A stretch of 63,974 bases of DNA, filler included, from Globobulimina sp. (lineage: Eukaryota): NCBI GenBank assembly GCA_003354225.1. It is 53 parts of 53 records of this genome, joined end to end, with 100 filler letters (N's around TTAATTAATTAA, not from the genome) between each part and the next. Parts side by side here need not be neighbours in the genome. Positions count along the whole stretch, not along the records: positions 36,281 to 37,389 come from PIVH01023288.1; positions 37,490 to 38,598 come from PIVH01023289.1; positions 38,699 to 39,807 come from PIVH01023290.1; positions 39,908 to 41,016 come from PIVH01023291.1; positions 41,117 to 42,225 come from PIVH01023292.1; positions 42,326 to 43,434 come from PIVH01023293.1; positions 43,535 to 44,643 come from PIVH01023294.1; positions 44,744 to 45,852 come from PIVH01023295.1; 45 more parts are not named here. The stretch is one strand, 5' to 3'. Each line of letters begins with the position of its first letter. Positions within the stretch are counted from its first letter, which is position 1. The translations under genes and the position numbers were made by a program. The notes under the pieces are model-generated. The model had not been told where the DNA came from, made no database searches, and saw only the letters and a list, made by a program, of their open reading frames with translations. Positions 36,281 through 48,581 of the stretch are shown piece after piece.

Positions 36281-37389
36281 TATATAATAACTTCAGTAAA
36301 CCACGACGAAACATCACCAAATACTCATCTTTGTGCGCACTGAATTGATCGTCAATATGTTCTGTGCCATTCATATTAATGTAAGCAAACACCAGATCTT
36401 GTTCATCATCATTGTATTTCGCAATTTGTGCCAAATTAATTCCATCATGATCCTCTACATAATCCAGCACTGTTTTTTCCAAATCAAATACAACCAAATT
36501 ACGTGCTTTTTTATTTTTTGCTGCTTTCAAAACTTGCATTTGAATCTCGGCAACATCCAAATCGTATAACTCATGAAATCTATTCCAGCATTGGCTAATA
36601 ACATACTCTTTGATGCCCATGCTTTCAATGGGATGTTCCTTCCAAAATGGATGCATTGCATACTCGACATTGCTTTCAATTGGAATCAGATCAATTATCG
36701 ATTCGCAGTCAATACCAGAGATCAACTTATGTTGCGAGCCGATCTCTGTGATGGCAGCCATTCTTTTCAATGCGTCTGACGATCTAAACAGTGCCGATGA
36801 AAGCGATATTGCTGATGCCGAGCTATCAGCGGTTACAGAACAGTCCTCGCGATGTTGATGCTTGTACTGGAAGCTAGATGTCGATGTCGATGTAGTTAGA
36901 CGGGATATGAAACGCGGCGGTATTCGGGGAAATGTGTCTGGCAATGTATCTGCGTCTGGCGGTGTGGTAGGGTTAAACCGCTGAGTTGATGAAGCATCAT
37001 ATGATGAAATAGGCGCATCAGGCGACAATAAAGGAGATGGGAATGGCGGTATTAGTGGTCTGACTGGTGAGGGGAATGACGATTTTAAAATACTGGGACC
37101 TGATCCTAACAACGATGATTCTGATGTGCTCCTTCCAAATCTTACTTTTTTGTCTTGTAATGGTGACTCGCTGGACTGGATATTGAGTAATAATGGATGT
37201 GAATAATTTGATATTATTCGAGCGCGTGCAATTTGAGTGCGTGCAATTTGATCACCTTTCTCAACACTTGTAAAGTTTATGGTGGTGACTGCGTTCGAGT
37301 CAACACGACAATGAGCGCAATCAGCGCATGCAGAGATAAAGGAACGAATACAACCAAATCTTGATAATTTCATTGTTTGTATTGCTGTG
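36281..37389 (-). CDS. Ser/Pro-rich protein ending in an FCP1/NIF-like HAD phosphatase domain, partial
   Basis: ARNLVVFDLEKTVL...YLVMFRRGLLKLL, comparable to LVLDLDETL...V..RPG...FL. Confidence 0.6.
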
Positions 37390-37758
37390 NNNNNNNNNNN
37401 NNNNNNNNNNNNNNNNNNNNNNNNNNNNNNNNNTTAATTAATTAANNNNNNNNNNNNNNNNNNNNNNNNNNNNNNNNNNNNNNNNNNNNATGGTATTAAA
37501 GAACACAAAACAGATATCAAAAGTCAAAATCCAGCAATATGAAATTAACAGACGAAACACAAAAATTTCAATCTCACGTCGCTCCAATACCGTCTCTCAA
37601 CGCAATGTATACGCCGTAGGTACTTTTACATGCTGTTATTAAACATTTTTGCTTTATCGTAAAAATCTATTTTGTAAGAGAAAAACTGATTTCTTAAAGT
37701 TTAAAAACTGAGTTATAGGTTGTGTTTTTTCAGAATTTAATTAATACTTCGAAGTCTG

Positions 37759-38130
37759 TTAAATAACAATAAGTATCATATTGAGAATAAAGCCAAGCAG
37801 TGTCGCTCCGACCAATACTTTAAATGCTTGAAGTTGTTTGGGTGGTAAATGCGATCCGCAGCTATAGGCACACATTCCAATCACACCAATTGGCCAAAAG
37901 AAAAATCCTAAGCATGCCAAAATGTAAAGACAAATTGGATCATCAATAACAGTGACAACAGTTACAATTGGAGTCTGTTCACTTTGTTGGTAAGTTACTG
38001 GTTGTTGGTAACTTGTTTTTGCAGGTACCGGTTGCGGGTAAGTTACTGCTGGATTTGGAATTGAAGTATACGCTGGTACTGGTACTACAGAAACTTGCAC
38101 AGGTTCTTGAATATTATTTCCTTCCATCAT
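37759..38130 (-). CDS. Small Pro/Gln-rich membrane protein
   Basis: Complete ORF with a PVTYQQ-rich N-terminus and two C-terminal hydrophobic segments. Confidence 0.65.
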   Translation of the reverse strand: MMEGNNIQEPVQVSVVPVPAYTSIPNPAVTYPQPVPAKTSYQQPVTYQQSEQTPIVTVVTVIDDPICLYILACLGFFFWPIGVIGMCAYSCGSHLPPKQLQAFKVLVGATLLGFILNMILIVI

Positions 38131-38698
38131 TGGCTGTGTGGTTACAAAGATAGCGTCTAAAAGTAGAATTATCCCGCAAATTTAGACACGATTTCATAAT
38201 TGCATCTGTAATTTATGCGCAGAAATAATAAGTGTGTAATGCTTGTTCATGATACCGGTATGATTGATATCGTAGCCTTTCTTCAATTTTATCTTTTCTC
38301 ATATATTATGACAACAACTTGTGCATAACTTTAACTGCTTTTTTTTTTACAATGCCTTTGGGTGCGCCACAATCATGTACACAAAATCACTCTGTTTTGA
38401 GGAGGAAAACTCATCCGGAAATTGATAAAATATCGCCATCCGAAGGTAAAGATTTGTTAATGACAAGAATGAGCATTGTAAGTGCTTCACAGTTTAGATT
38501 AGATTAGATTAATTTAACGTAAACATGTGAAAAAACACAATGTTTAGCAATGGTGTGTACACAACACAAAAAAGAAAAAAAAACCACAAAGCAAAAATNN
38601 NNNNNNNNNNNNNNNNNNNNNNNNNNNNNNNNNNNNNNNNNNTTAATTAATTAANNNNNNNNNNNNNNNNNNNNNNNNNNNNNNNNNNNNNNNNNNNN

Positions 38699-39807
38699 TC
38701 ATTTATCCAATCTGTTTGTTTATGTTTCACTTATTTAACAAACAATATCTCATTATAAAATCGATGAAAAACTTGGTGTTAATATGCAATGAAAAAATGT
38801 ATTACAACATGACATTTACAGATATAACAGTGTGTTTTGTTGTGTTATTTGTCAATTTTATGTTGTGCTTTTTTTTACATGTTTTTTGCGTGTTTATATT
38901 GTTGTTTCCTAGTAGTCAGCAATAAATAAAGCAATAAATAAAGATCCACCTTCTCAAATCTCGGGAAAATATGATATAAATGTTTTAATATTTATGTTAG
39001 ATGCATCCATAATATAATATTGGATGTTTAGAATTTTTTAATCATGTGAACGCCTTGCTACTAGGTTCAAATAAGAATCCCAAAATATGCTGTTTTTCAC
39101 AACTGTGTAGAGGGTGCTGCATTCGATGGTGATATTTATTTTGAGATTTATTTTACAAAATAATAACACTGACTGTGCTCATGGTGATTTTCTAGCGTTT
39201 TAAAAAAACCTTCTTGGCTTGACTTCAACTTTGCCATCAGAAATCTTGACGAGACGCATTTTTTGATTGCTCGGCCGTAATGTACCATAAAAATTCATCA
39301 TTTTCCTGTTTTCCTTTTTGTCCCTATCGATGTTCTCCTTTGGTGTTTGATGGATATCCCATAATAGTAATGGTTTTGAATAAAATAGCAAATCATAGAT
39401 TTGATTGTTGTAATTGATTCAGACACATTATACACATGTTTTGATTGCATCAAAGGGTAAAATTAAATTGTTTATTGAGGTTTCATCCAAAAAAATTGCT
39501 TTTGTACTACTCCTTAAATTGACTAAACTCAACTAAGTTCGTTACCTTAACATGTTAGACCATGTCACTTTTACAGTCGCTTCTAGCCGAGATTGGATTT
39601 TTAAACTACGATAGCGGTTTCTATACGAAACATCTATGTAACATTGCATATGCTATCTTAGTTTAAAAGCAATCTCAAAAAAAAACAGGTCACAAATCCA
39701 ATAAAAACAATATATGAATTTATTATCAATACACCCTCAAGTTTTAGCATATTCATTTATCCAATCTGTTTGTTTATGTTTCACTTATTTAACAAACAAT
39801 ATCTCAT
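38699..39807. repeat. Contig with identical 55-nt terminal direct repeat (38699-38753 = 39753-39807)
   Basis: Exact identity at both ends. Confidence 0.9.
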
Positions 39808-39907
39808 NNNNNNNNNNNNNNNNNNNNNNNNNNNNNNNNNNNNNNNNNNNNTTAATTAATTAANNNNNNNNNNNNNNNNNNNNNNNNNNNNNNNNNNNNN
39901 NNNNNNN

Positions 39908-40940
39908 AGTTGTACTACATTCTTTTTCATGATCAGAATATGTGGCTTGAACATAACGACCTTCTCTTATACTGTATTGGTCAGATACTGAATACCAGCC
40001 TTCTACTTCTTGGCAGTTTTCTGTAAGTAAAAGTTTTGCTCATGTGTACTTCACATTTAAAATTACTAACCTGAGAGTTTTCTGATACTGACATATCTGT
40101 ATTCATTTGTTTGACCTTTTTTCCCACATTTTAAACTTTTGTCATCAGTACAATCTTCATTACATTCAAAAGGTTGAGCAATATTTTTATCCATAGCCAC
40201 TTCTGATCCAAAACAACAACATCTTTCATCTGTCACACCTGAAACATTCCTCAGTAGAAATGCATATCTTCAGTGACATCACTAATTTACCATAGAACAT
40301 TGATTCTCCTTCTTTCCTATATTCACTGCAGTGTTTGGCACATCTTTCATTCGATCGTTCTGCTATGTCTGTACAATTGCCGAAAGCTGGAGGATCCCAG
40401 TACTTGAAGCAACCGACATGATCAGTAGCTGAAATCAACTGGTTGCATATAAAAATTTACTTTCTGAAATTGCAAATACCAAGACATTTGGGTGGTAATT
40501 GATTCCATCCATCGATTGTGCAAGTAACAGTCTTCACAGTACTGCTTAACAAATATGGCATGTCACAATTGATCTCAACCATATCTCCAGGATAAAATCC
40601 CTCTTCTCCAATGTTAGCATCATGTTTGACAGTGTTAACAGTTCCATATTGGATTTCAAATTTGTAGCATGACACTGAAACAGCACATTTAACCATTAAA
40701 ATACACTACTCTGCACTTGAATTTCCATACTGGCCGGTTGAACACATTGTGGCACAGTTCCGTTGAAACCATTTTTGTTGCACTGCAGTACTGTGTGATT
40801 AGTATTTGATATGAAGCCATCATCACAAACAATTTCAATCACATCTCCTGCTCGATATCCTGCCCCTCCTGTATCCTCATCTTGTTTGAGAAGTACTGCT
40901 TTCCCATGTGCCAGTTCAATAGTGTGGCAAAGAACTAAAG
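39908..40940 (-). CDS. Multi-exon Sushi/CCP x2 plus WSC-domain extracellular protein (metazoan-like), partial
   Basis: GDVIEIVCDDGF...C..NGFNGTVPQC; GDMVEINCDMPY...CTIDGWNQLPPKC; HVGCFK...CAKHC...CCCFG...CNEDC...KCG. Introns 40730-40675, 40479-40429 and 40290-40239. Confidence 0.8.
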
Positions 40941-41506
40941 CAACGTTCGACATATATATATACATACTAGACAACCCGTTCTGGCTCCGCCAGAACAAAA
41001 AAATCCAAATATACATNNNNNNNNNNNNNNNNNNNNNNNNNNNNNNNNNNNNNNNNNNNNTTAATTAATTAANNNNNNNNNNNNNNNNNNNNNNNNNNNN
41101 NNNNNNNNNNNNNNNNATGACTGCTTCTTCTGTTTTGCTATCAAGCATCATCATGTGAGATTATCTAATTATCATATTTTTTTTATAATACTGCAAAACA
41201 AATGATCCAAATCAAAATATTCCATACACTCATTAACTGGCAGATCCATTGCAGTTTCTGTGTTAAACACTAATTTGCGAGCCATTGAATAATTGATATG
41301 ATCCCATTCATGTTTAATACATTGTAATTTATTATAATTTTCACCATAATATTGTACTTGTGCATCTTCTAAACATTAGTTACTAACATACTCAAAAACA
41401 TTAGTTACTTCAATCCTTCAATCTGAACCTCGTCAGATCCTCATCTCGTAGTCTTTTTTACAACGACATCACTCCATCTAGCACGCAAACTAAATAAGCA
41501 AACATC

Positions 41507-41920
41507 ATGTCAATCCCAACTGGCATTGATGAGTTAAAACGACGCATGAAATTAATGGGTGTCTCGGATGAAGATCTTGACAAATTTCAGGACGAAGTGG
41601 ATGATGCAGATCATGACATTGAATCCATCAAAGAAGACATATCCGATCGAGAACAATCTCTGTTGGTTGATTTTTTCCGCGAGGAATGTGCCGGCGGTGA
41701 GAAAATATATGATGTTGTTAAAGCAATTATGGATGGCACTAAGATTGGAAATAAAATAACAGCACAATTGCAACAACAAAAACACATCGACAGCAAAATA
41801 GATGATGTTGTAAGCGATATCGATCAGAATACTTTGATTAATTTAGCCGCAGCACACCACGACAACACACAGTTAATATTGATGTATATCATATCGCTCA
41901 TTCCTTTAAATATTTTATGA
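41507..41920 (+). CDS. Lineage-specific hypothetical protein
   Basis: LDKFQDEVDDADHDIESIKEDISDREQSLL resembles the acidic motif in 30661..31284. Confidence 0.55.
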   Translation: MSIPTGIDELKRRMKLMGVSDEDLDKFQDEVDDADHDIESIKEDISDREQSLLVDFFREECAGGEKIYDVVKAIMDGTKIGNKITAQLQQQKHIDSKIDDVVSDIDQNTLINLAAAHHDNTQLILMYIISLIPLNIL

Positions 41921-42325
41921 AATCCCATATCCATTGCTCCAATCATTGATATTATGGTTGTTTGTTGATATTATTTGTGAGTGATATGAATGCGAATAAC
42001 GCAATTTTCGTTTTTGTGGTAGCCAATACACAAAGAACGTGTTCACTTTTTTACATTTGATATCTATCTCAATTAATAAACTCAGCACAAAATAATAAGC
42101 ACAAACAACCATTAATAATATCAAAGCTTTCTCAGTAACAACACCTTGTTTTTTTGTACAGAAATAGCGAGGATTTTCTTTTTAAAATGGCAAACAAAGA
42201 AACAATCATAAAAGACAAAGCCACCNNNNNNNNNNNNNNNNNNNNNNNNNNNNNNNNNNNNNNNNNNNNTTAATTAATTAANNNNNNNNNNNNNNNNNNN
42301 NNNNNNNNNNNNNNNNNNNNNNNNN

Positions 42326-43383
42326 TTTCAAACTGTTAATAAGTGCATGGAGATTCGTCCTTGACTCAAATGCAAATATAGGAATACTGAAAAAACATGC
42401 CACCGAAACGACAAATTGTGTCAATGTACTCAACCAATCGTCGAAATAAAATATATAATTTGCATTTTTATGGTCCAGATTTGTGATAAAATCCTTGTTA
42501 ATGGAAGTTGCCCACACAACATAGAAGGCGAGCCCTTGAAATGTATAAAATATAAACAGTATGAATACACTCCATAAGGAGACCTTATTTATTTTCGACA
42601 ATCTTGTGTCAGGATGCAATGTTAAATATATTGGAATGGCGTTGAACTGCAAGCTCCAGCACCAACTGATGGTGGGTAGACCTAATAAAATGTCATGGAT
42701 ATCAGTCACAAATATCTCGACATTATCATTAATCTCATTTTGTGTGATACATTTCGAAGCATTCATGACCAAGCCAGCAAATATAAACATCGCAAATGCT
42801 AAACAAAGTGTTGACAGCTTCTCCAATTTGGATATATTTGTAACTAAAATGCACGGGAATATTAGCAGTAAACCAATAACGACGGAAAACCAACGCGATG
42901 TCGCAAATGAATCATCGTGAAACCAATGGCGCAGAATTTGTGGCGCAAAATCTGGTGTAATTATATGAGTAGTTCTAATTGTTTGTTGTTGGGAATTTAA
43001 TATCAAATACAAACTTAACCTGCAAATATTTGGATTATATTCACAATGAAGCTCCAATTTCCTAAACACAGAAAGAGTTTGGTTAATATTGAGCCTTTAG
43101 AGCCAAAGTAAGACTTTGCCAGATTGTGTGTTGATACACTTTGTGATAATTCTGCGGAGCGACATAAAAATTGAATTGAAAAATGAGTTAAAACTGCGGA
43201 TAATAGTGACCCAATGGCAAACCATACGATTCCTAGTTTCGAGGCGCTGAATATGTTTCCCATTAAACCTAAAGCTCCGCCTAATGCTGTATTCACAAAA
43301 TTGATAATGACAAAGCAAGTGGAAGATGATACTGTTTTGACACTGCTGTCATCCTTGGCCATGCCAGAAAAAAGCAGAGACAT
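42326..43383 (-). CDS. Amino-acid transporter (AAAP/SLC38-like); intron 43019-42952; 3' truncated
   Basis: INFVNTALGGALGL, NISKLEKLS, WSLQFNAIPIY and FSIPIFAFESR motifs. The splice IQIFA|DFA joins the two ORFs. Confidence 0.88.
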
Positions 43384-43534
43384 AGTAGTTTTCGAAAATG
43401 CTATTACATTATTCCAAAAAAAATAGGATACGTTNNNNNNNNNNNNNNNNNNNNNNNNNNNNNNNNNNNNNNNNNNNNTTAATTAATTAANNNNNNNNNN
43501 NNNNNNNNNNNNNNNNNNNNNNNNNNNNNNNNNN

Positions 43535-44094
43535 TTATCAAATGATCTTTGTTCAAACCACAATAAAAACAATTTACTTAAGTTCATGAATGATTGTGGA
43601 ATTTTATCAATATGACATGACCCGATTCCTAAATCCAATAATTCCGACATAAAACCAATATTGGTTGGTAGAGATGTAATGTTATTGCCATCAATATGTA
43701 ATACTTGTAACTGTTTCAAATTGCAAATAGAATCTGGTAATGTTTTTATTTTATTATGGTCGATCCTTAGCTCTCTCAAATTTGTCAATCTTCCAATGTT
43801 TGGAGGTAGTGATTCCAATTTATTATTATGTAAAGTCAAATGAGTCAATATTTGCAGTCCAATGCATAATGATTTTGGTATTTCAATTAATAGGTTATGA
43901 TCTAAATATAATTCGCGTACTTTATTCCAACCATATTTTTCATTCTCAAAGTTGATCATTGATATTGTAGTTAATTCGTTTTCAAACAATTCAACAATGT
44001 CCGTTCCTTCCTCTAGTGCGAATGGAGGATTCTTTAAATTTTGTTTAGTTCCATCAAGCACATTGCAAACTTCCTTTTGCTTCATGTTAGCCAT
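43535..44094 (-). CDS. Leucine-rich repeat protein, 3' truncated
   Basis: Canonical LxxLxLxxNxLxxLPxxI repeats. Confidence 0.9.
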
Positions 44095-44643
44095 TATTTA
44101 AAACAAAGAGATGTAGAAAAATTTAAATTAACTTCGCGAAGAATGGCAATAATATGTTTGGAACAAATGAGTCGAATAAATGTTGGCGTTTTTAATACAA
44201 ATGATATGATTAATAATGAATTTAAAATTACTTTTTATAATTTACCTTTCATGAAAATAGTCAGTAAATCACGACATTCTCAGAATAAACAGATTTATTC
44301 ATTGCAACAGGAATGGAATACCAAGTATAAAATTCCGGAAGAAAAACAATTACTCTTTAAAATTGCATATACGAAATTGCATATTCCTCCAGGAAAATAT
44401 TTCTGTAGAAATGAAATCAAATATCCAATGACAAACCCGTCAGAAATCAGAGAAACGAAACCCGGAAATGCATCATATTTATTATTTGACAGTAGAAATT
44501 TAGTGATATTTAATGGTACAAAAGCATCAGTATTCAACCATAAAATTGGTTCATTAAAGAATTATAAATTAATGTTGTTGGAATATTTTGATTTAAAAAA
44601 TCAATTATTTAAAACTGTTCAATTTATTTTATGTTCTCCTCAA
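44041..44643 (+). CDS. F-box-like hypothetical protein fragment
   Basis: IANFLLLHVSHYLKQRDVEKFKLTSRRMAIIC resembles the motif in 47162..48024. Overlaps the LRR start on the opposite strand. Confidence 0.45.
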
Positions 44644-44744
44644 NNNNNNNNNNNNNNNNNNNNNNNNNNNNNNNNNNNNNNNNNNNNTTAATTAATTAAN
44701 NNNNNNNNNNNNNNNNNNNNNNNNNNNNNNNNNNNNNNNNNNNA

Positions 44745-44951
44745 ATACACACCACGAACGGGAACAGCGGCTACAGAATTAAAAATATTCGACTTTATCA
44801 AACCAATCCATATCAAGCGGGCAAACATCTTAAATCACAGCCGTTTTTGCAGAAAATATTGTATCAGGAATTCCATAAAATGAGGGATTATACGGAAGAT
44901 AAAATATGGAATATGTCGACCGCAGTTAAAAAAGCCGATGAAGGCAAGTAA
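44745..44951 (+). CDS. Possible RasGEF (CDC25-like) C-terminal fragment
   Basis: Manual translation IKNIRLYQTNPY...QPFLQKILYQEFHKMRDYTEDKIWNMS. Confidence 0.4.
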   Translation: MHTTNGNSGYRIKNIRLYQTNPYQAGKHLKSQPFLQKILYQEFHKMRDYTEDKIWNMSTAVKKADEGK

Positions 44952-45359
44952 ATATAATAAATATGTTGAATAATGTTTATTTGTTTAAGGTACTTTCTAT
45001 GATTGTTACACTTTAACTTTGTATAATAATTTTATTTTTTGTCCTGGTTATTTTTCTCCTTTTCGCCGAAAGTCATACCTTAATGTTTATATTATTAATA
45101 TTATTTATTTCGTGTGTCTGTCTAATTTTGTGTGTTTAATAACATTGTGATTTGTGATATATAAGATCCATGATAATAATAATTCATTTTATAGTTCACG
45201 TTGCTCTCAATTTTCATTTTCAAAATGGTGGAAAAAAAAAGGTTGAAACTCAAAAATAAGCATATATTTCTTGTAGAAATAAAAAAGTTCTGCACAGTGA
45301 ACAGTAAACACGCACAAGTTATGTTTTCTGTGCAAAGACAGTGCACTTTAACCTTTCAA

Positions 45360-45852
45360 TCAAAAATAAGGTGACTGTCCATGATGATAACAATATTCCA
45401 TAACATTATAAATTTCAACTAATCGCAACTCATTTTCCATTTTATCCTTATCATTTTTATTCGCTTCAATTGGTACAGTTAAAATCAAAGGGAATGTCTC
45501 ATCAAACAATAAAAACGGACATTTCTGTGGATCATCAGCTGACACATATTGCTCATTCAATATCTTTTCATCTAATAACTTATTATATTTACAAAACAGT
45601 AGAAATTTGCCTTCTCCATCCTCATTAAAATAATCCGTACGATCAAAATATTTATAATATTGACCAAGGGCAAAATCCATGCGTTGAAACGGGTCATTTT
45701 CCCATTTTTGTTGCTTAAAATCTTGCTCATTTTCATCTTCATCATCCAATATGATTTGCATTGAATTTGCAGGTTTAAATTTTGTAATTCCCATTGATTC
45801 AGCAGGCGATTCTAAACTGGATAAAACTGAAAGTGACTCAGATTTCCGCTTT
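45360..45852 (-). CDS. Lineage-specific hypothetical protein fragment
   Basis: RMDFALGQYY...DYFNEDGEGKFLLFC...CPFLLFDETFP. Confidence 0.55.
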
Positions 45853-46093
45853 NNNNNNNNNNNNNNNNNNNNNNNNNNNNNNNNNNNNNNNNNNNNTTAA
45901 TTAATTAANNNNNNNNNNNNNNNNNNNNNNNNNNNNNNNNNNNNNNNNNNNNTTAAAAGCAGCGATTGGCCGTGATGTACGCGATCGTAACACATCATAA
46001 ATATAGCCGGCTACTGCGAGATCGGTCCGCCCATTAAAGATAACAAAACAAGGAGAAACATCCTTGGCAAAAAATACAGATTTACATCAGATA

Positions 46094-46855
46094 ATGCGTT
46101 TTAAAAATATTTTTTTCATAATAATTTTTCTTATCTCAACCTGTATTATGTACTACGAAAGCAAGTACATTTTGCATACATTAATTACAGTTTTTTTGAT
46201 AGTGTCATCGGTAATGTTGGTAGAAATGCGATGTGCGCAAAATAAGAAAAAATCGGTTTCTAAATCAGCGCAAAATGTAAAATTGTGGACTTTGAAAGAG
46301 ATTGATAATATTGCATTGGCAATGGGTCATATTGAATGCGATTGCGATTTCGTTCAACAACTGGATGTTTCTAATAAATCTGAACATATTCAAGATGCGG
46401 AAACATGTTTCTCCTCTTCAAAAGAGCTCAACTCGTTGCTTAAGACATGTTGTTATTTGCGAGAGTTTTTAGCAAAGCCACATCCTTTGGTTGGGCGAAA
46501 AGGCACAGTGTGTCCATTTGTTCCTGCTTCGATACGGATGGATGTGATGTATTTAGCTGTTGTAAGTACTAAGAAAGCACAGGGTGTGAATGGTACTTTT
46601 GAGGCTGTTGAAAATGTGGCAAGATCATTTTTGGAAAGGTTTCATTCATTACAACCGAAGAAAGGCAGAAAAGCTGTGTATAAAGCGGTTGTATTGATAT
46701 TTCCTGACATTCGATTGTGTGAAGCTCATGAGATTATAGATGCAGTGCAGTTAAAGTTGAAACCAGAATTTGTATCTAAAGGTTTGATGATTGGAGAGTT
46801 TCATAGAAATAATAATACATGTTATGTACTTAATCAGTTCAATTGGCTTACTTAA
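46094..46855 (+). CDS. DUF6875-like domain protein with N-terminal TM helices
   Basis: YLREFLAKPHPLVGRKGTVCPFVP...AVVLIFPD...DAVQLKLKPEFVSKGLMIGEFH. Confidence 0.75.
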   Translation: MRFKNIFFIIIFLISTCIMYYESKYILHTLITVFLIVSSVMLVEMRCAQNKKKSVSKSAQNVKLWTLKEIDNIALAMGHIECDCDFVQQLDVSNKSEHIQDAETCFSSSKELNSLLKTCCYLREFLAKPHPLVGRKGTVCPFVPASIRMDVMYLAVVSTKKAQGVNGTFEAVENVARSFLERFHSLQPKKGRKAVYKAVVLIFPDIRLCEAHEIIDAVQLKLKPEFVSKGLMIGEFHRNNNTCYVLNQFNWLT

Positions 46856-47161
46856 CTCAACTACTAATATGAGAGTCCACTGGCATTACATTTAAGTATG
46901 TTCAGAAGCAGTTGCATTTAATAAGTTTAAGTAATTGATTTAAAAACTAATTAAAATAATTAAAGTAGTTAACCTACTTAACTTGAATGCCAGCAATGAT
47001 TCAACACCCTAGTTTACTTGAGTGTAATTAGAATTAGTTACATTTAATTGCATGTAATTAANNNNNNNNNNNNNNNNNNNNNNNNNNNNNNNNNNNNNNN
47101 NNNNNTTAATTAATTAANNNNNNNNNNNNNNNNNNNNNNNNNNNNNNNNNNNNNNNNNNNN

Positions 47162-48024
47162 ACTTGTTGTAATTTGTCAAAATCAATATTACTAAAATCA
47201 AATGTTAATGGACGTGGAGGATAATCCAGTTTTAAAATTTGTAAATTATTCCCAAAAATGTTTATTAAATTATTATTCAATGATAGATTTCCTCCATCAA
47301 AACCCAATCCTTTTAAATTTGGATATAAATCATATAATTTTTCTAATGTTCCTCTCGTAATAACTGAGCTAAGGCTAATCCCATAGAATTCAACGTATTC
47401 AATATTTTTAAAGTGTGCTAATAATCTCCAAAATTTATCTGTATTAAACCTATCATTCAATTTAGTTTTACCAAAACCAAGAAACTGTACATTTTTAATA
47501 TTTTTAATGTCAATAGACTTTTGATTCATAAATGGCTCAATATCAAAATCTTTCATTTCATTTCCATGCAAATATAAATCATCTAATTGATTCAAAATAA
47601 ATTGACCATTTTGTGGTAATGGAAATTGATGAAATTCACTCAGATTTATTTTTAATTTAAATTGCGATAAATTAATGGATGAATAATCCGCAACTTTGAG
47701 TAAATTTAATCTCATTAACATATTTGGTGAATTACATCCGATAAAAATTGATCTATTTGTTTTTTCAAATTGAAAATATTCATTTTGTTTAAGGAATGCT
47801 GAAATGTGTCCAATTAAGGCTTTTGGGAATTGATCTAATTTAATATTTGTTGATGGTAATTGCTTTGGTTTTGTTTTTCTTGATTGAATAATTTTTGATA
47901 TTATCGAATTAATATTATTTAAATTATCAGTATTAAAACTTGCACGCGATGGCGGATTAATAAAATAATGAAGCAATGACGTTGATATTAAATCGGAATG
48001 ATTCATATCAAATATTTTCCCCAT
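47162..48024 (-). CDS. F-box-like/LRR-like hypothetical protein, 3' truncated
   Basis: LDQFPKALIGHISAFLKQNEYFQFEKTNRSIFIGC followed by degenerate LRRs. Confidence 0.6.
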
Positions 48025-48581
48025 ACATGTTAAAAACTCGTGTTTTGATAATTGTTTAATGAGTGATTTAAAAGTTATTGCTTTGGCAAGTAATGTTGCT
48101 ATATTCTAAAAGATTTTATTTTAAAGAGTTGAATTACGTTTATTTTCAAGACTTTGACATCACGAAATTAACAAAAAATAACTTCAAAAAACAGTTTATT
48201 TGTCAACCGTAAATTCAGTAAAGAAGACGTTAAAAATGAAAGTTGACACAACGCGACCACAAAAGACAGANNNNNNNNNNNNNNNNNNNNNNNNNNNNNN
48301 NNNNNNNNNNNNNNTTAATTAATTAANNNNNNNNNNNNNNNNNNNNNNNNNNNNNNNNNNNNNNNNNNNNTTTTTTGGTTTGTGTTTTATTTGTTATTGT
48401 TTTTGTTAAAAAAAGGGATGTTTTATAATTTTTTTTTTTTTTATGTTATTTAATGAACTTTATTTTATGTAAACATATCGTTGCCGTCTCATACAAGAGG
48501 CGGTGCACTGCACTGCACTGTACTGTACAAGTCCGAAATGGTGACTTGCATCTATTTTTTTAGTGAACTAATCTAGTCTGC

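Noticed and set aside
38699..39807. Obelisk/viroid-like or CRESS-DNA circle
   Set aside because: There is no long ORF, no Rep motifs and no evident rod-like self-complementarity. The terminal repeat equals an assembler k-mer length.
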